DNA from: a virus
Lineage: Duplodnaviria > Heunggongvirae > Uroviricota > Caudoviricetes
Reading direction: 5' to 3' (one strand)
DNA: 64,000 nucleotides
Virus record (IMG/VR): IMGVR_UViG_3300037455_000372
Location: 11,710-75,709 of that record
Shown: positions 9,673 to 21,000 of the stretch, in pieces
Layout of the letters: the number at the start of each line of letters is the position of its first letter
Position numbering within the stretch: the first letter of the stretch is position 1
Translations under genes and position numbers: made by a program
Notes under the pieces: generated by a model
What the model saw: the letters and a program-made list of their open reading frames with translations, nothing else
Databases searched by the model: none
Told to the model about the DNA's origin: nothing

Positions 9673-10770
9673 ATGATTGATGAACGTATCGTTAGACTCG
9701 CCAGCCGCCTTATCGACGCGGTTAACCTCCAGTCCGGCGAGAACATCCTTATCGAATGCACCGACACACCGTCGAGCATTTCCGCAGCACTTACCGCAAT
9801 CGCGGCATCCCGTGGAGCGAACCCCATCGTGCGGACGTACGACAGCGTCGTTGAAAAGGAGTTCATCGCCACCGCATCCAAGGCAGCGAAGGAGAACCGC
9901 GCAAGGCACGAGCTGGCCGTTATGCGAGATATGCACGCCTACATCGCCGTCCGTGGTGCAAACAACGTGTTCGAGATGTCCAGCATCGACGGACAGACCG
10001 TGACCGATTACAAGCAAATTATGAAGCCGGTTCTGCGCTACCGAGTGGACCACACGAAGTGGTGCATCACCAGATGGCCGAACGCCGCGATGGCTCAGGA
10101 AGCCAAGATGTCCACCGAGAGCTTCGTGGATTTCTACTTCGACGCTTGCCTCGTAGACTATAAGCAGATGGCCAAAGACGCCCAGCCGCTGGTCGACCTT
10201 ATGAACAAGACAAAGAAGGTGCGCATCGTCGCTCCGGGTACGGACCTGTCCTTCAGCATCGAAGGACTTCCGGCGATTCCTTGCTGCGGCGAGAAGAACA
10301 TTCCGGACGGTGAAGTCTACACGGCACCGGTAAAGGACAGCGTGAACGGTCGTATCTCCTACAACACGCCGACGGTCTATTCAGGCCAACCGTTTTACGG
10401 CATCGTGCTCGAATTCGAGAACGGCAAGATCGTGGACGCCAAGTGTACGTCCGGCAGCCAGTCCGCGCTCGACGCGATATTCAACTCCGACGAAGGCGCA
10501 AGGTTCGTCGGCGAGTTCGCTATGGGTCTCAACCACAAGGTGACAAAGCCGATGTGCGACATCCTCTTCGACGAGAAGATTGCCGGTTCCATCCACTTCA
10601 CGCCGGGTAACGCCTACCAAGACGCTTGGAACGGCAACACATCCGCCATCCACTGGGACCTCGTCCTGATTATGGCAAAGGAATACGGCGGCGGCGAAGT
10701 CTGGTTCGACGACGTGCTCGTACAGAAGGACGGCAGATTCGTTCTGCCTGAACTCGAACCCCTCAACTAG
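9673..10770 (+). CDS. M29-family aminopeptidase (AmpS/PepS, aminopeptidase T-like)
   Basis: 365 aa; NIPDGEVYTAP, GSIHFTPG and overall layout follow the thermophilic aminopeptidase family pattern (by eye). Confidence 0.65.
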   Translation: MIDERIVRLASRLIDAVNLQSGENILIECTDTPSSISAALTAIAASRGANPIVRTYDSVVEKEFIATASKAAKENRARHELAVMRDMHAYIAVRGANNVFEMSSIDGQTVTDYKQIMKPVLRYRVDHTKWCITRWPNAAMAQEAKMSTESFVDFYFDACLVDYKQMAKDAQPLVDLMNKTKKVRIVAPGTDLSFSIEGLPAIPCCGEKNIPDGEVYTAPVKDSVNGRISYNTPTVYSGQPFYGIVLEFENGKIVDAKCTSGSQSALDAIFNSDEGARFVGEFAMGLNHKVTKPMCDILFDEKIAGSIHFTPGNAYQDAWNGNTSAIHWDLVLIMAKEYGGGEVWFDDVLVQKDGRFVLPELEPLN

Positions 10771-10777
10771 GTGTTTT

Positions 10778-12202
10778 ATGAAGACATATTCTGGAAACGA
10801 ACTTATAAAGGTGGCGAAGTATCGCCAGTCGGCGCAGGAATTCCTCGGCCAGCTCGAAGCAAAGGGGTTCGCCGTCGAAACAGTGACCGTCGAAGACAGC
10901 ACGGCTACTTTCCACTACAAGGCCGAACAAGACGGCCAGACCGTCTATGCTGACATCCTTGTCAAGAGCAGCAAGGGTGAAATCGGTGCCAAGGCAAAAT
11001 GCGGGTCCCGTTCCCATAAATACGAGTTCGAAAGGACGTACTATTCCAGCGAACGGTCAGATTTTTTCAAATGGATCGACTGCGTAACTAAGCTCAATAC
11101 CACGGAAGCCTTGGACGGCTCTATGTCGTTGCCTCACGACCTTTGGTATTCCATACCCAAGAACAAGGCGTTCTGTGAACGAGTGCGCAATGATTTGCTG
11201 CCGCTCACCAAATGCGACTATCAACTGAATAACTTGGCAAACCTAGTACATATGCCGGACGACCAATATAACTTTGGTATATCGATCGGGGCTTTTCCGC
11301 AACTTGTCTACAGCGCACAAATCAACGACTTTGTCCGAGACCCGCAACATCCGGAACTTTTTATTGATATCGGCATCACTAGCAGACAGTCAGGCTTCAT
11401 AACAATTAAGTGCTACGATTTCGACCCTCGTGGAAACGATTTGAAGCGCAAGATGTACCCTGAGACCAAGCTGGTTGCGGTGAAGAACCATACGCCAGAT
11501 AACGGCGAGTATATCTACCATACGGACTACGAAACCGCGCTGAAACTCGTCAAGGAGGCCAAAGACCGTCTCTGGGCTATTTACGACGAAGAAGCCAAGC
11601 GTCACGGAATTCCAGAAACTTGGAAGGAGGCTACCGGGTGGACTACTGACGGCCCGGTATATCCGGAAGGTTCCTCCGCTGGCGAAAGTATTACCAAGAA
11701 GCGCGATGACGCTCGCGCAAAGCTTATCGAGCAGAACTTGCGCGTCATCAAGGCTCAAGTCAGCCGTCGCTGCGACGCATCACTGGAAGATACCTTTCCG
11801 GGCGCACAGTATCTCGACAAGGTACCCAAATGGAGAGAGGAGAGCATCCTCCACGGAAACCAGTATTACTACGAGGCTTACGCCACTATTCCGTACAAGT
11901 TCCCAAACATCAAGGGTTCCAAAATCGCTTGGCAAGACAAGGTCATAGAGATTACCATCACCTATGACAAGTCATTCGACCGTTTCACCATTTCGTACAG
12001 AATCCCGTTCAAGTTCGCTTGTATGTGCGGCGTTTACGACTGGTTCTACGAAGCCAAGAAGCACGATACTGAAAAGATGATGATTATCAAGAACTCCGGC
12101 AGAGCCACCCACACGGATATTGGCTCCTCCGGCTTCAGGTACATCAAGCAACACCTCGACGAATTGAAGCAGTTCGCCGAGTACAAGGGATTCAAGGAGT
12201 GA
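10778..12202 (+). CDS. hypothetical protein (474 aa)
   Basis: long + ORF, tightly packed operon. Confidence 0.55.
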   Translation: MKTYSGNELIKVAKYRQSAQEFLGQLEAKGFAVETVTVEDSTATFHYKAEQDGQTVYADILVKSSKGEIGAKAKCGSRSHKYEFERTYYSSERSDFFKWIDCVTKLNTTEALDGSMSLPHDLWYSIPKNKAFCERVRNDLLPLTKCDYQLNNLANLVHMPDDQYNFGISIGAFPQLVYSAQINDFVRDPQHPELFIDIGITSRQSGFITIKCYDFDPRGNDLKRKMYPETKLVAVKNHTPDNGEYIYHTDYETALKLVKEAKDRLWAIYDEEAKRHGIPETWKEATGWTTDGPVYPEGSSAGESITKKRDDARAKLIEQNLRVIKAQVSRRCDASLEDTFPGAQYLDKVPKWREESILHGNQYYYEAYATIPYKFPNIKGSKIAWQDKVIEITITYDKSFDRFTISYRIPFKFACMCGVYDWFYEAKKHDTEKMMIIKNSGRATHTDIGSSGFRYIKQHLDELKQFAEYKGFKE

Positions 12203-13728
12203 TTATGCCCAGAGGACCAAGAATCAAGGTTTACGAAGAAAACGAACTGTTCGAGGCGGCTTCCTACATCCGGACGCTCGAAGGCGACCGTCCGCAACGA
12301 GAATCCGAAAACGTCCTCAAGCAGATCAACAAGATTTTCACCCTCCGCAGGGCCGAAGTCGCATCCAAGTTCGCGACACTCACCTTTACGGGCGTCGTGT
12401 GCAATACCCAAGCAAGGCTGGAAGCCTTTTTCCACGACTTCCATCGAGGCCGTTGGCAGATTACCGTGACGGCTTACGTCGGCGACTACACGAAGAGTAT
12501 CACGGATATCGAATACTGTCTCTACATCGGGTTTCCGCACTTTATGGATTGGGTCAAGAACGTCATTCCCTACAAGAAGAACCTTCCGTTGGAACCGGGG
12601 CAGAACGCCGCGTCCGAACTCTGGTACGAGACCGAATCCGGCAAGAAGTTCATTTCACAGATGACAGAAATCGGCTTCGTTTCTCAAGTGGATAGCAAGT
12701 ATGGTTATTCCTCTCCACTGAAATTGGGTAAGAAGGCGCACGACAAGATTGTTCCTCTCGTGTACAGCGACGACATCGGACACTTCCGTGTTTCCGACAA
12801 TGACCAGAATATCAACGGAGATGTCCGTATCAAGATGAAAGGAAAGGAGCCGACCGTCTGGTTGTGTTCAAGCGTGGCGGATATTATGGAAAAACAGTTC
12901 AACTGTCCGGTCCACATATTTGACCCCGACCACGCTGTGGAACCGGACAAGTTCGTCGAGGAAGTGAAGAAGCTCTTGAAGTTCAACGAAGACCGTATCG
13001 ACAAGCTTGCTGCAGATAACGGCGGACTCACTTGGAGAGGAATCGACTTCCATACTCACTACAGCGACAAGTGCGCACGCCCGTACGATTTCGATAAGCT
13101 TCCTAAAAAAGACCAAGATCGAATCACCGAGCACTTGGCGAAGCTCGCTGAAAATCGTATGGACGAATATGACCACTTCTTCACTACGTCCAAGTTCGCC
13201 AACCTCTACAACTATATCAAGGAACACGGACGCGTCGCACCATACCCTAGCCAGTTCGGCAACGAGCACCACATCGAGTTCGAGGTTCCGATCGTCCTTG
13301 ACGAACCGATTAACTACGGTGAAAGCTTCAAGCAGCGCAACGTCTCGGTTACCGGCGAAATCTACGTCAAAGACAAAGAGTGTAAAAGCTGGTCGTGGTG
13401 CGGAGACGGCGAATCTTTTTATCCGGACTCCATCAGAATGTATATTCCGCTCTGCTACTACACCGACAAAGGTGCTTTCACAAGCTGGGAGGAAGCCATC
13501 GCCGCCGGTAGCAACACAGATTACGGCGGAGCTTGCTATATCCAAGGATGCAAGGTTCCTCGCGGCAAGAACAATTACTCTAGCGTCTGCTTCAACGAAT
13601 ACTGGCACGACGACCAGTGCATCGATGCCGAAGAGCTGAAACGCTTCGAGCACGTCCTTATGAACATCAAGGCCGACCACGAGCAGTTCCTCGTCGACCG
13701 CCACTACAAGGAGAAGGCCGATGGCTAA
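12199..13728 (+). CDS. hypothetical protein (509 aa)
   Basis: ATGA overlap with upstream gene. Confidence 0.55.
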   Translation: MIMPRGPRIKVYEENELFEAASYIRTLEGDRPQRESENVLKQINKIFTLRRAEVASKFATLTFTGVVCNTQARLEAFFHDFHRGRWQITVTAYVGDYTKSITDIEYCLYIGFPHFMDWVKNVIPYKKNLPLEPGQNAASELWYETESGKKFISQMTEIGFVSQVDSKYGYSSPLKLGKKAHDKIVPLVYSDDIGHFRVSDNDQNINGDVRIKMKGKEPTVWLCSSVADIMEKQFNCPVHIFDPDHAVEPDKFVEEVKKLLKFNEDRIDKLAADNGGLTWRGIDFHTHYSDKCARPYDFDKLPKKDQDRITEHLAKLAENRMDEYDHFFTTSKFANLYNYIKEHGRVAPYPSQFGNEHHIEFEVPIVLDEPINYGESFKQRNVSVTGEIYVKDKECKSWSWCGDGESFYPDSIRMYIPLCYYTDKGAFTSWEEAIAAGSNTDYGGACYIQGCKVPRGKNNYSSVCFNEYWHDDQCIDAEELKRFEHVLMNIKADHEQFLVDRHYKEKADG

Positions 13729-14083
13729 ACTCGCAGACCCGTTCTACGCCAACGCAGTTAAGTCAAACCGCGAAGACATCGACAAGTGCGACGGACAGTT
13801 GTTGAACTACCTACAGTCGCGAGTTTTGTTCGCAGCCACGTTAGCAAAGACCAAGCACCGCTGGGGTATTCCCATAGATGACCCGGAGCGCGAGGCTCAG
13901 GTCAAGAAGAACGCGCTCTCGTTCATCAAACAGCACGGCTGCGGTCTCATTACCAAGGATGACATTTCCGAGTATATCGACCTCGTCATCAAAATCACCA
14001 AGCGAGCCGAGGAACGCGAACTCGCCGAACTGGAGAAACTGGAGAAGGAAAATGAAAGTAGCCGAACTGCTCAGACTCATTAA
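13721..14083 (+). CDS. chorismate mutase (AroQ class)-like helical protein
   Basis: N-term R-x-x-IDxCDGQLLNYLQSRV...HRWGIPIDDPEREAQV matches the AroQ R..ID..D..L..L..R / P..DP.RE pattern (by eye). Confidence 0.45.
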   Translation: MAKLADPFYANAVKSNREDIDKCDGQLLNYLQSRVLFAATLAKTKHRWGIPIDDPEREAQVKKNALSFIKQHGCGLITKDDISEYIDLVIKITKRAEERELAELEKLEKENESSRTAQTH

Positions 14084-14339
14084 GCTCGCCCAAGAAGGCA
14101 AGATTATCGTTCGCCACACCACCAGCGATGTTTCCGGCGTGACCGTCGATGACGGCTACGTTTCGCACCGGTTCGAAGAAGTCGATATTATGGAAATGGA
14201 TATCAATGACTTGGTGGAGACGACCAAATACGGAATCGGTCCGTATGGCGGCACTGAAACCGTAGAATACGGCCTTCTCGCCGAAATGGTGAAAAAGGCG
14301 AACGAATATAACGAGAAAATTACAAAACTCTCTAAATGA
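14051..14339 (+). CDS. hypothetical protein (96 aa, start MKVAELL)
   Basis: GGAGAAGGAAA RBS before ATG 14051; listed ORF 13878..14339 lies inside previous gene. Confidence 0.45.
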
Positions 14340-14487
14340 CGTATTGACATCTCGTCTGCAAATTGTTATATTAACTCCTAAAGTATTATAATGCGCGGGA
14401 GGGTTTAATGCGCCGCAGAGACAAGAAAAACCTCGCAGAACTGGGATTCCTAGGTTTTGGATTGCTGGTTCTTTTCATCATCAAGGG

Positions 14488-15315
14488 TTGCCTTTTCAAC
14501 CTTCAATAGGGGACACTATGCTCATTCAAGAATTTACCGAAAGACTCAACAAACTCCTCACGCCAGAACTCTACCACGACTTCTGTCCGGCTGGACTTAT
14601 CGTCAATACGACCTCAAACCATCTCCCCAGAGAAATTCATAAGGTGATTACCGGGGTCAGCCTCCGTATGGACCTGATTATGGCCGCCGTCAAGGAACAG
14701 GCCGACGCAATCATCGTCCACCACCCGAACGGATTCTGGTTCTCCGAGAAGGACAAGACCATCATCGACTCGAACTTCGCCAACTACACAAGGGAACTCA
14801 TTTCTGCGCAGATTTCCTTGTACGGCTACCACTTGCCGCTGGACGGCCATAACAGTCTGGGCAACAACATCACCGTTGCACAGAAGCTCCGACTCAAACC
14901 GAACACCGAGTATTGCGAAAACTTGCTTATCACCCGTAAGGGTTACGACCGCTTTATGCAAGACAATATCGGAGTCGGTGGCGAAGGCGTCATTACAGAC
15001 GAACTCCTCTCCGAGGTGTTCCCAAAGGGTTACCAGAGCTTCAACTTCGAATCCGGGAAGAAGTACAAGGTCGCCATCTGCACCGGCAGCGGCGCGTCCG
15101 AACTCGAAGAATCCTACAAGCGCGGCTATAATATGTTCATTACCGGAGAAATCCGCGAATCCACTCCCATCTTCGCCCAAGAGCATAATATGGCCGTCAT
15201 TGCCGCCGGTCATCACCGCTCCGAGGTGTTCTGCGTGTCCAACCTCGCCAACTACATCAACGAGAACTTCAAAGGCGTTTCCGCCAAGTTCATCGACATC
15301 GACAACCCCATCTAG
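14488..15315 (+). CDS. Nif3 (YqfO/DUF34) family dinuclear metal-centre protein
   Basis: GVSLRMDLI..ADAIIVHHP, HLPLDGH..GNN, ITGE, AAGHHRSE motifs in Nif3 order; true start may be the internal ATG at 14518. Confidence 0.65.
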   Translation: MPFQPSIGDTMLIQEFTERLNKLLTPELYHDFCPAGLIVNTTSNHLPREIHKVITGVSLRMDLIMAAVKEQADAIIVHHPNGFWFSEKDKTIIDSNFANYTRELISAQISLYGYHLPLDGHNSLGNNITVAQKLRLKPNTEYCENLLITRKGYDRFMQDNIGVGGEGVITDELLSEVFPKGYQSFNFESGKKYKVAICTGSGASELEESYKRGYNMFITGEIRESTPIFAQEHNMAVIAAGHHRSEVFCVSNLANYINENFKGVSAKFIDIDNPI

Positions 15316-15323
15316 GTAGATCT

Positions 15324-15803
15324 ATGAGCAAGAACATCAAAATCGACACAAAGCACGCCACCGTCAGAGAAATCGACAAGGCTATCGACAAGTTGAAGGA
15401 CTTGCGCGATGAAAAGTGCGCCCAAGCGAACCAGAAGGAACTCAAAGATATCGCCGCCAAGTTTGACGGCCAGTGGATTGTCGAAGAGAAGAAGGAGGAT
15501 GGCTGTAACATTACCAGTTCGACGCGTGTTATCCGTATCGACAAAGTCTACAACATCTCCTACGACATTATGAGGGGTCTTAGAGTCGACGCATCCGTAA
15601 TCAAGGTCTTCAAGACGATGACCGACAATCACGGAATCGTCCACAACTCCGTGGCAATCGACCCCAAGCTCTCGATTTCCTTCTACGACCGCGAAGTAAA
15701 GGTCGTGAACTTCAAGAAAGCCCAAGAGACCCTTGAGGAGGCACGTAAGAATATGAACAGCCAGATGGACAATTTCCTCATTTATACACCAGACCAAGGA
15801 TAG
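15324..15803 (+). CDS. hypothetical protein (159 aa)
   Basis: + ORF in operon. Confidence 0.5.
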   Translation: MSKNIKIDTKHATVREIDKAIDKLKDLRDEKCAQANQKELKDIAAKFDGQWIVEEKKEDGCNITSSTRVIRIDKVYNISYDIMRGLRVDASVIKVFKTMTDNHGIVHNSVAIDPKLSISFYDREVKVVNFKKAQETLEEARKNMNSQMDNFLIYTPDQG

Positions 15804-15805
15804 TT

Positions 15806-16621
15806 ATGGCAACCAGAGAGTTTAAGACTGTAAAGGAGCTTTTCCTCCACCCAGATGCCAAGGAAAACTGGAACTTTATGAGGTTCCTCTCCGAGTTCCA
15901 CTGTTGGCTCGACGACGCGAACTCGGAATGGAATAGGCACTTGTTCCACGATACCATCTACGAAGACTGGAACGCGGTTACTGGCAACTCGACCGAATCT
16001 TTGTTTTGGGACGCGGAAGTCCCGGCGATTAAGATTGCCGACGCCAACGGTTTGTATTGGTGGCCGTACAAAGACAACGATGCTGTCTATGAATGGGCTG
16101 TCATAACTGACGAATATGTCGACCGCGTACTGTCCTTCTTCGAGAAATTCCTCAAGGACCCGAACAATAACCTCAGCGAGAAAATCCGTCGCGCCAAGCT
16201 CGACGCCGTCGTCAACAAGATCGAACAGACGAAAGCCGAACTGGCGAAGCTCGAAGAAGAAAAAAAGACTCTGGTCGTAACCCCGGTTCAGGAAAACCTA
16301 GAAAAGGAATACTTGGGCAAGTGGGTCATCCTCGAATGTACAACCGACATCTCCATCTACCACGTAAAGTCGATTAAGCCTTACGTCGGAGACGGTCCCG
16401 GAGCAATCATCATCTCCGCAGACCATTCCTTTATGTTCTCGTCGTTAGAAAATCAAGAAGGCCACGACAACCTTGAACTGGCCGCTTGCGAACGTACCTT
16501 CGTCAAGATCTACGACTCGACAAACCGCGTCATCGTCGACGACCCGATGCCGTTCTTCAAGAAGTCGCTCGAACAAGTCAACACTTGGCTCACCGAATAC
16601 ATCAAGGAAGGCCAAGGATGA
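15806..16621 (+). CDS. hypothetical protein (271 aa)
   Basis: + ORF in operon. Confidence 0.5.
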   Translation: MATREFKTVKELFLHPDAKENWNFMRFLSEFHCWLDDANSEWNRHLFHDTIYEDWNAVTGNSTESLFWDAEVPAIKIADANGLYWWPYKDNDAVYEWAVITDEYVDRVLSFFEKFLKDPNNNLSEKIRRAKLDAVVNKIEQTKAELAKLEEEKKTLVVTPVQENLEKEYLGKWVILECTTDISIYHVKSIKPYVGDGPGAIIISADHSFMFSSLENQEGHDNLELAACERTFVKIYDSTNRVIVDDPMPFFKKSLEQVNTWLTEYIKEGQG

Positions 16622-17061
16622 TGTACCTTGAAGACTTCAAGCAGAAATATCCGGATTTCTACGACTTCAAGCTGGATCCGTTCTTGCAGTGCATCTCTTG
16701 CTTTACCAAGAAACCGCTATGGTTCAAAATGTCCGAGATAAAACCGGCTTGCGGCTCTATCATCAAGGCCGTATTCATATCTGGTTTCATCCGCTATATG
16801 CTTGTCGAGAAGGGAAACAAACTCAGCAACCTCGGCGCATATATGTCCAGCGGTGTGACTAGAGGAATCGTGGCTTGGATGCCAGCCGGTGCAAGCCTAG
16901 AGAACTTCGTGAAGGTCAGATTGGAGGCACCCTTGGGGCTGGTTTCGGCTACCGAGGTCGCACTGCACATCCCGGTAGACCAAGAGGCCGTCTTCCAGTA
17001 CCGCTTCGATATGAACTCGTTCCAAGACACCCGTATCGACAATGCCGTACCAGTCATCTAG
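16618..17061 (+). CDS. hypothetical protein (147 aa, start MMYLEDFK)
   Basis: ATGA overlap with previous stop; AAGGAAGG upstream. Confidence 0.5.
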   Translation: MMYLEDFKQKYPDFYDFKLDPFLQCISCFTKKPLWFKMSEIKPACGSIIKAVFISGFIRYMLVEKGNKLSNLGAYMSSGVTRGIVAWMPAGASLENFVKVRLEAPLGLVSATEVALHIPVDQEAVFQYRFDMNSFQDTRIDNAVPVI

Positions 17062-17558
17062 CCTTTTTTCACATAGCTTCTCCGTCGCCGGGTAATCTCG
17101 GCACGGTCTTCGTCAGACGTTCTGTGATATTCATAACCGAACAAGTCGGCGTTAACGCATATCGCGCTAGTTAGCCATTCGAGGGTAGCCAAGCGCATCA
17201 CCTTGTAAGGCACGTCAACCATCTTGACTATGTGGAAATTCGACTCCAATATCAGGTCGTCCGATATCTTGGACACCATCACGCGAGCCGTAGGACAGCA
17301 AGCTAGATACAGCTTGCTTTTTTCTTCGTTCACGGTGTGCGTAAGGTCGAAAAATGAGTCCCAGTCGGCATAGATATCCCTTATCACGTACATATCGCCA
17401 GTATGGATGTCCCTTATAACCAGATAGAACATCCTAGTGTCGAACTCGGCTATGGCCTTGGACTTGCGCATCTTCTTCCGGAACAACAGCCTCGGAATCC
17501 TGACTAGCCCAAATAGCCCAAATAAAATGTAAATCAGAGTAAATAACGGTCGCATCAA
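17058..17558 (-). CDS. membrane-anchored protein, paralog family 1 (member A)
   Basis: N-terminal TM helix then basic patch then conserved block MFYLVIRD..YVIRDIY; similar layout in 5 other genes. Confidence 0.55.
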   Translation of the reverse strand: MMRPLFTLIYILFGLFGLVRIPRLLFRKKMRKSKAIAEFDTRMFYLVIRDIHTGDMYVIRDIYADWDSFFDLTHTVNEEKSKLYLACCPTARVMVSKISDDLILESNFHIVKMVDVPYKVMRLATLEWLTSAICVNADLFGYEYHRTSDEDRAEITRRRRSYVKKG

Positions 17559-18055
17559 CCAGCCCAGTGTTTCATAAGCAGTTTAGCTGCAGCTGGACTT
17601 AAATTATACACTACCGTGTCCGGACATTCTATCACACCCAACGCCTTGTGGGAAATCAAGATACGCCACACTCCCCAGCGCATCAACGAAGGCATTATTT
17701 CTTCCGGAATGTCATTGAATTTGCAAGTCTTGAACCGAGGATCCCTACCGTGCTTGTCACCCCACAGACGAGCGGTAAAGCTCCACTCTTGGTTAATCAT
17801 ATCCTGCCTAGAGTTCAGCATAGTACATATAGAATACATATCCTTGTATGTCTTGCTGTACACATCGGTTATGAATATGTATTCGCCCGGCCAGAACCAG
17901 AGACATAGATAGTTACGGTCGGGGTACATATGCTCGTGACCAATGTTGTTTCGCATATAGACGCGAGAAAAGGACAGTACCTTTCGTACTGCCCCTACAA
18001 GAGCACAAGTCCACAGGACCCACTTAACTATTTCCAACAGCTTTCTTATCTTCAT
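17555..18055 (-). CDS. membrane-anchored protein, paralog family 1 (member B)
   Basis: N-terminal TM helix; block EYIFITDVYSK. Confidence 0.55.
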   Translation of the reverse strand: MKIRKLLEIVKWVLWTCALVGAVRKVLSFSRVYMRNNIGHEHMYPDRNYLCLWFWPGEYIFITDVYSKTYKDMYSICTMLNSRQDMINQEWSFTARLWGDKHGRDPRFKTCKFNDIPEEIMPSLMRWGVWRILISHKALGVIECPDTVVYNLSPAAAKLLMKHWAG

Positions 18056-21000
18056 TCTTCACCATAAACGGTATCATATAACTGACCTTGCCCGTATCTA
18101 GGTTTATAAAGTAGTCGCGGTCGGAATAGAACGAAGCTTGCGTCGAAAGCAACAGACGATCACTTTGACCATTTTCATCGTCTCCGTCTTTGACGTTTCC
18201 GACGTTCATTTTCAGTTGGACGGATTCGGTGGTGGAGAAACATTCCGTCTTCTTGAAACCAAGACGGGAAATCAAACCGGCCATACCGAAATCGACAGTA
18301 TGATCCATTAACTTATCATACTTGTCGAACCCCATACAAGACCCAAGCACGAACAACTCGCCGTATTTCTCGTCCTTGTGGATCGACTTGACGATGGAGG
18401 GAACCCCATAATTGGGACTCAGCTTTACCGGAATCTTGACTGCGCCGCCGACACGCTTTTTCTTCGGCTTCTCTACGGGAGCCTCATCATCTGCCGTGGT
18501 TACTCGCTCGGTCAGATGGTTGCGATACCGCTCAGCGAACGCCCTGAGCGTACCGCATTCCTCGTTTGTCATCAGCGTTTTCTTCTTGAGGTCTTCAAGG
18601 TTGTCGTTAACCACATAGCCGTTGGCCGCCATATACGAGAACAAGTCTTCCACGCGAGGCATACGGAGTTCATCCGTCTCCAACAGAGGCATCGCGTCAC
18701 GCGGGTAGAACATAACACCGTTGTCGAACTGGATTATCGGTCTGTGCTTGCCTTCTTCCAGCTCGTCGCCGCACCCAAGGTTAAACAAGGTAGCCTCTTC
18801 CTCAGTAACCGGGGTCTTCGAACTCTCGAACGACGGCACGTAGACATAGCCTGAAATGCCCGGAACGCCTACCGGGACGCTGTTACATATATCCACCGCC
18901 GAAATGAACCCAGACTGCATATTGTAAGGCAGATCGAGGTCATTGGAGATGATGTCTGACAACGCGTTGATATCGAGGTAAAGCAGACCGAACTCCGGTT
19001 TCATATTGCGAGAGTTCTCGGTATATCCACGGTACAAGAATTGGCCGATCTGCTTGGCACGGCGGAACTCGGTTTCGCCAGCCGACAGCATAGCCGTATA
19101 GAACACGTCACGGACATCGGCTCCGTGTGTCGCCGTCAAGTCCTGAATGACCGTATCGTTGATGTTCAAGTTGTAAGTCTCGTTGATCGCAACCGGTCTT
19201 TCTTCATCGTCGTTGTCTATGTATGACCGATGGTTGTCTTCGATGACCCACGAATTGGATTCGTTACTGTTGATAAGCTTATTGCTCGTTCGCTGAATGA
19301 ACTTGCCCAATTTAGCGAGCACGTTCGATATGTCGTCGGCTGTAAAGTTCGCAAGAGCCATCTCCGTCGAAACGGTACCGAAAATGGCATCGTTCACGAA
19401 CCTCTCGCGGACAATCATACGACGCCAATACTCGGTCGCTTGCTGGCCTCTGGTGAACGAGTTGATCACGATGTTGTAATAACCGGTATTGGTCGACGAT
19501 TCTCTATCGATATCCAGACCGTCGGACACCTCGTCTACGCCGAGGATTTCCGTTTTGCCGCAATTCGCCATATCGCCGTCTTCTGGGGGGTCCGGAAACG
19601 GCACACCGTTCGCCATTTTTTCCACGACGAAGTTGTAGCCCGGATGCAATGAGATAACCTTGCCGTTCACTTCTACCAAGGGGACGTACACGTTGTAGAC
19701 CAGCTTCAGAGCGTCGAGCGAGTAGTTCGACTTGATGTCCTTGGGACTGTGGAACGCAGTCTCCGCAAAGTCGAGAACCTTGTTGCGGACAATCATACGG
19801 TTATAACTGTACGGAAGCATCATAGCCTTGGTATGGCTGACCTCGAAATGCTTGATGAATTCGTCCCTCTGGCGGAGGATGTCGTACCGGACGGCCTCGT
19901 TACGGTAACATTCCAGCGCGGGGTCGTCGCACCGTTTCCAGACCATCTTCGCGCCGTCCGCCGTATGGACGATGGAGATAATCTTGACCGGAACGTCAAA
20001 CTCTTCCTTCGGCAGCATATCGAGCACGTTGGCTGGCAGCTTGACCACTTCGTAGCCTTCGGGGACGTACTTCAGAGGTTCGGTTGTCCATAACGACTTG
20101 CCGAACTTACGCAGATGGTAAGTGGACTGGTCACGCTTGTCCACGAACTTCTTCGTACGGAGTCCGACCTTGCCGAACTCCTTGTCGGCAAGCTTGGCGA
20201 TCTTCAGGCGACGCTTGAGCAAGCTTTCGTTATTGGCGACAATGTCCTTGACCATATCCTTGAGGATCTTGCGCTCGTCCTTGGGCGTGTACGGAGGACA
20301 TACCTCGAAGAACGGGCCGCCGAGCAGCATAGACAGCTCGATCTCGGAATACTTGTTGTCACCCTTGCGCTCGTCGATGTTGTCGTGCGCGTGGTTCCAG
20401 CGGTTGTTTACGTGGATAAGGCGACCGCCCGGCCCGATGTCGATACCGAGCATAGACTCGCCGTAAAGCTCGTCGTCGACCGTGATGTTCTCGAATCCCG
20501 GTAGGACGGCCAGATACAGCCTGATACGGTTCGTAGCGGCTCCGTCGCTGTCCTTATCAAGCGAGCTGGACTTGACCATCTGGTAGTGTCTGAAAGTGTC
20601 CGGATATTGGAGGTGGCACCAAGTGTGCGGCTTGGTGTACTCGGCATACTGATTGGCGGTCTCGAACGAGTCCAGCTCGATAATCTTGTACTTGCGAGGC
20701 CCGTACTTCATACGCTTGAGCTTGCGCTTCATAGCAGACCAGTTGGCCGTGGCCTTCGTGCCGTAGATGGCGAGCATCTTCTCGTAAGTGAGCTGTTCTC
20801 CTTGGGTGGAGACAAGATGTCTGTTGTAGTCCTTGCAGTGAGCGATGCTGATTATCCTGAGCATATCGCGAAACGAGGAAATCTTCGTCAGCTCCTCGTC
20901 CCCAGTACCCAGATCAAGCTCGCCGAAGGCGATTCTAGCCGCACCGGGCGCGAACCTAATCTTGCACTGGCCGTCACGGAAAAACGTGGAGCGCAAGTCC

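Noticed and set aside
9034-10053. 339-aa minus-strand ORF
   Set aside because: Antisense to the well-supported M29 aminopeptidase and neighbouring + genes; Val/Gly/Asp-rich translation typical of the reverse frame of a GC-rich gene.
12868-13704. 278-aa minus-strand ORF
   Set aside because: Entirely antisense within + gene 12199..13728, which is part of a tightly coupled + operon.
18378-20504. several 100-160-aa plus-strand ORFs
   Set aside because: All lie antisense within the uninterrupted 1043-aa minus ORF.
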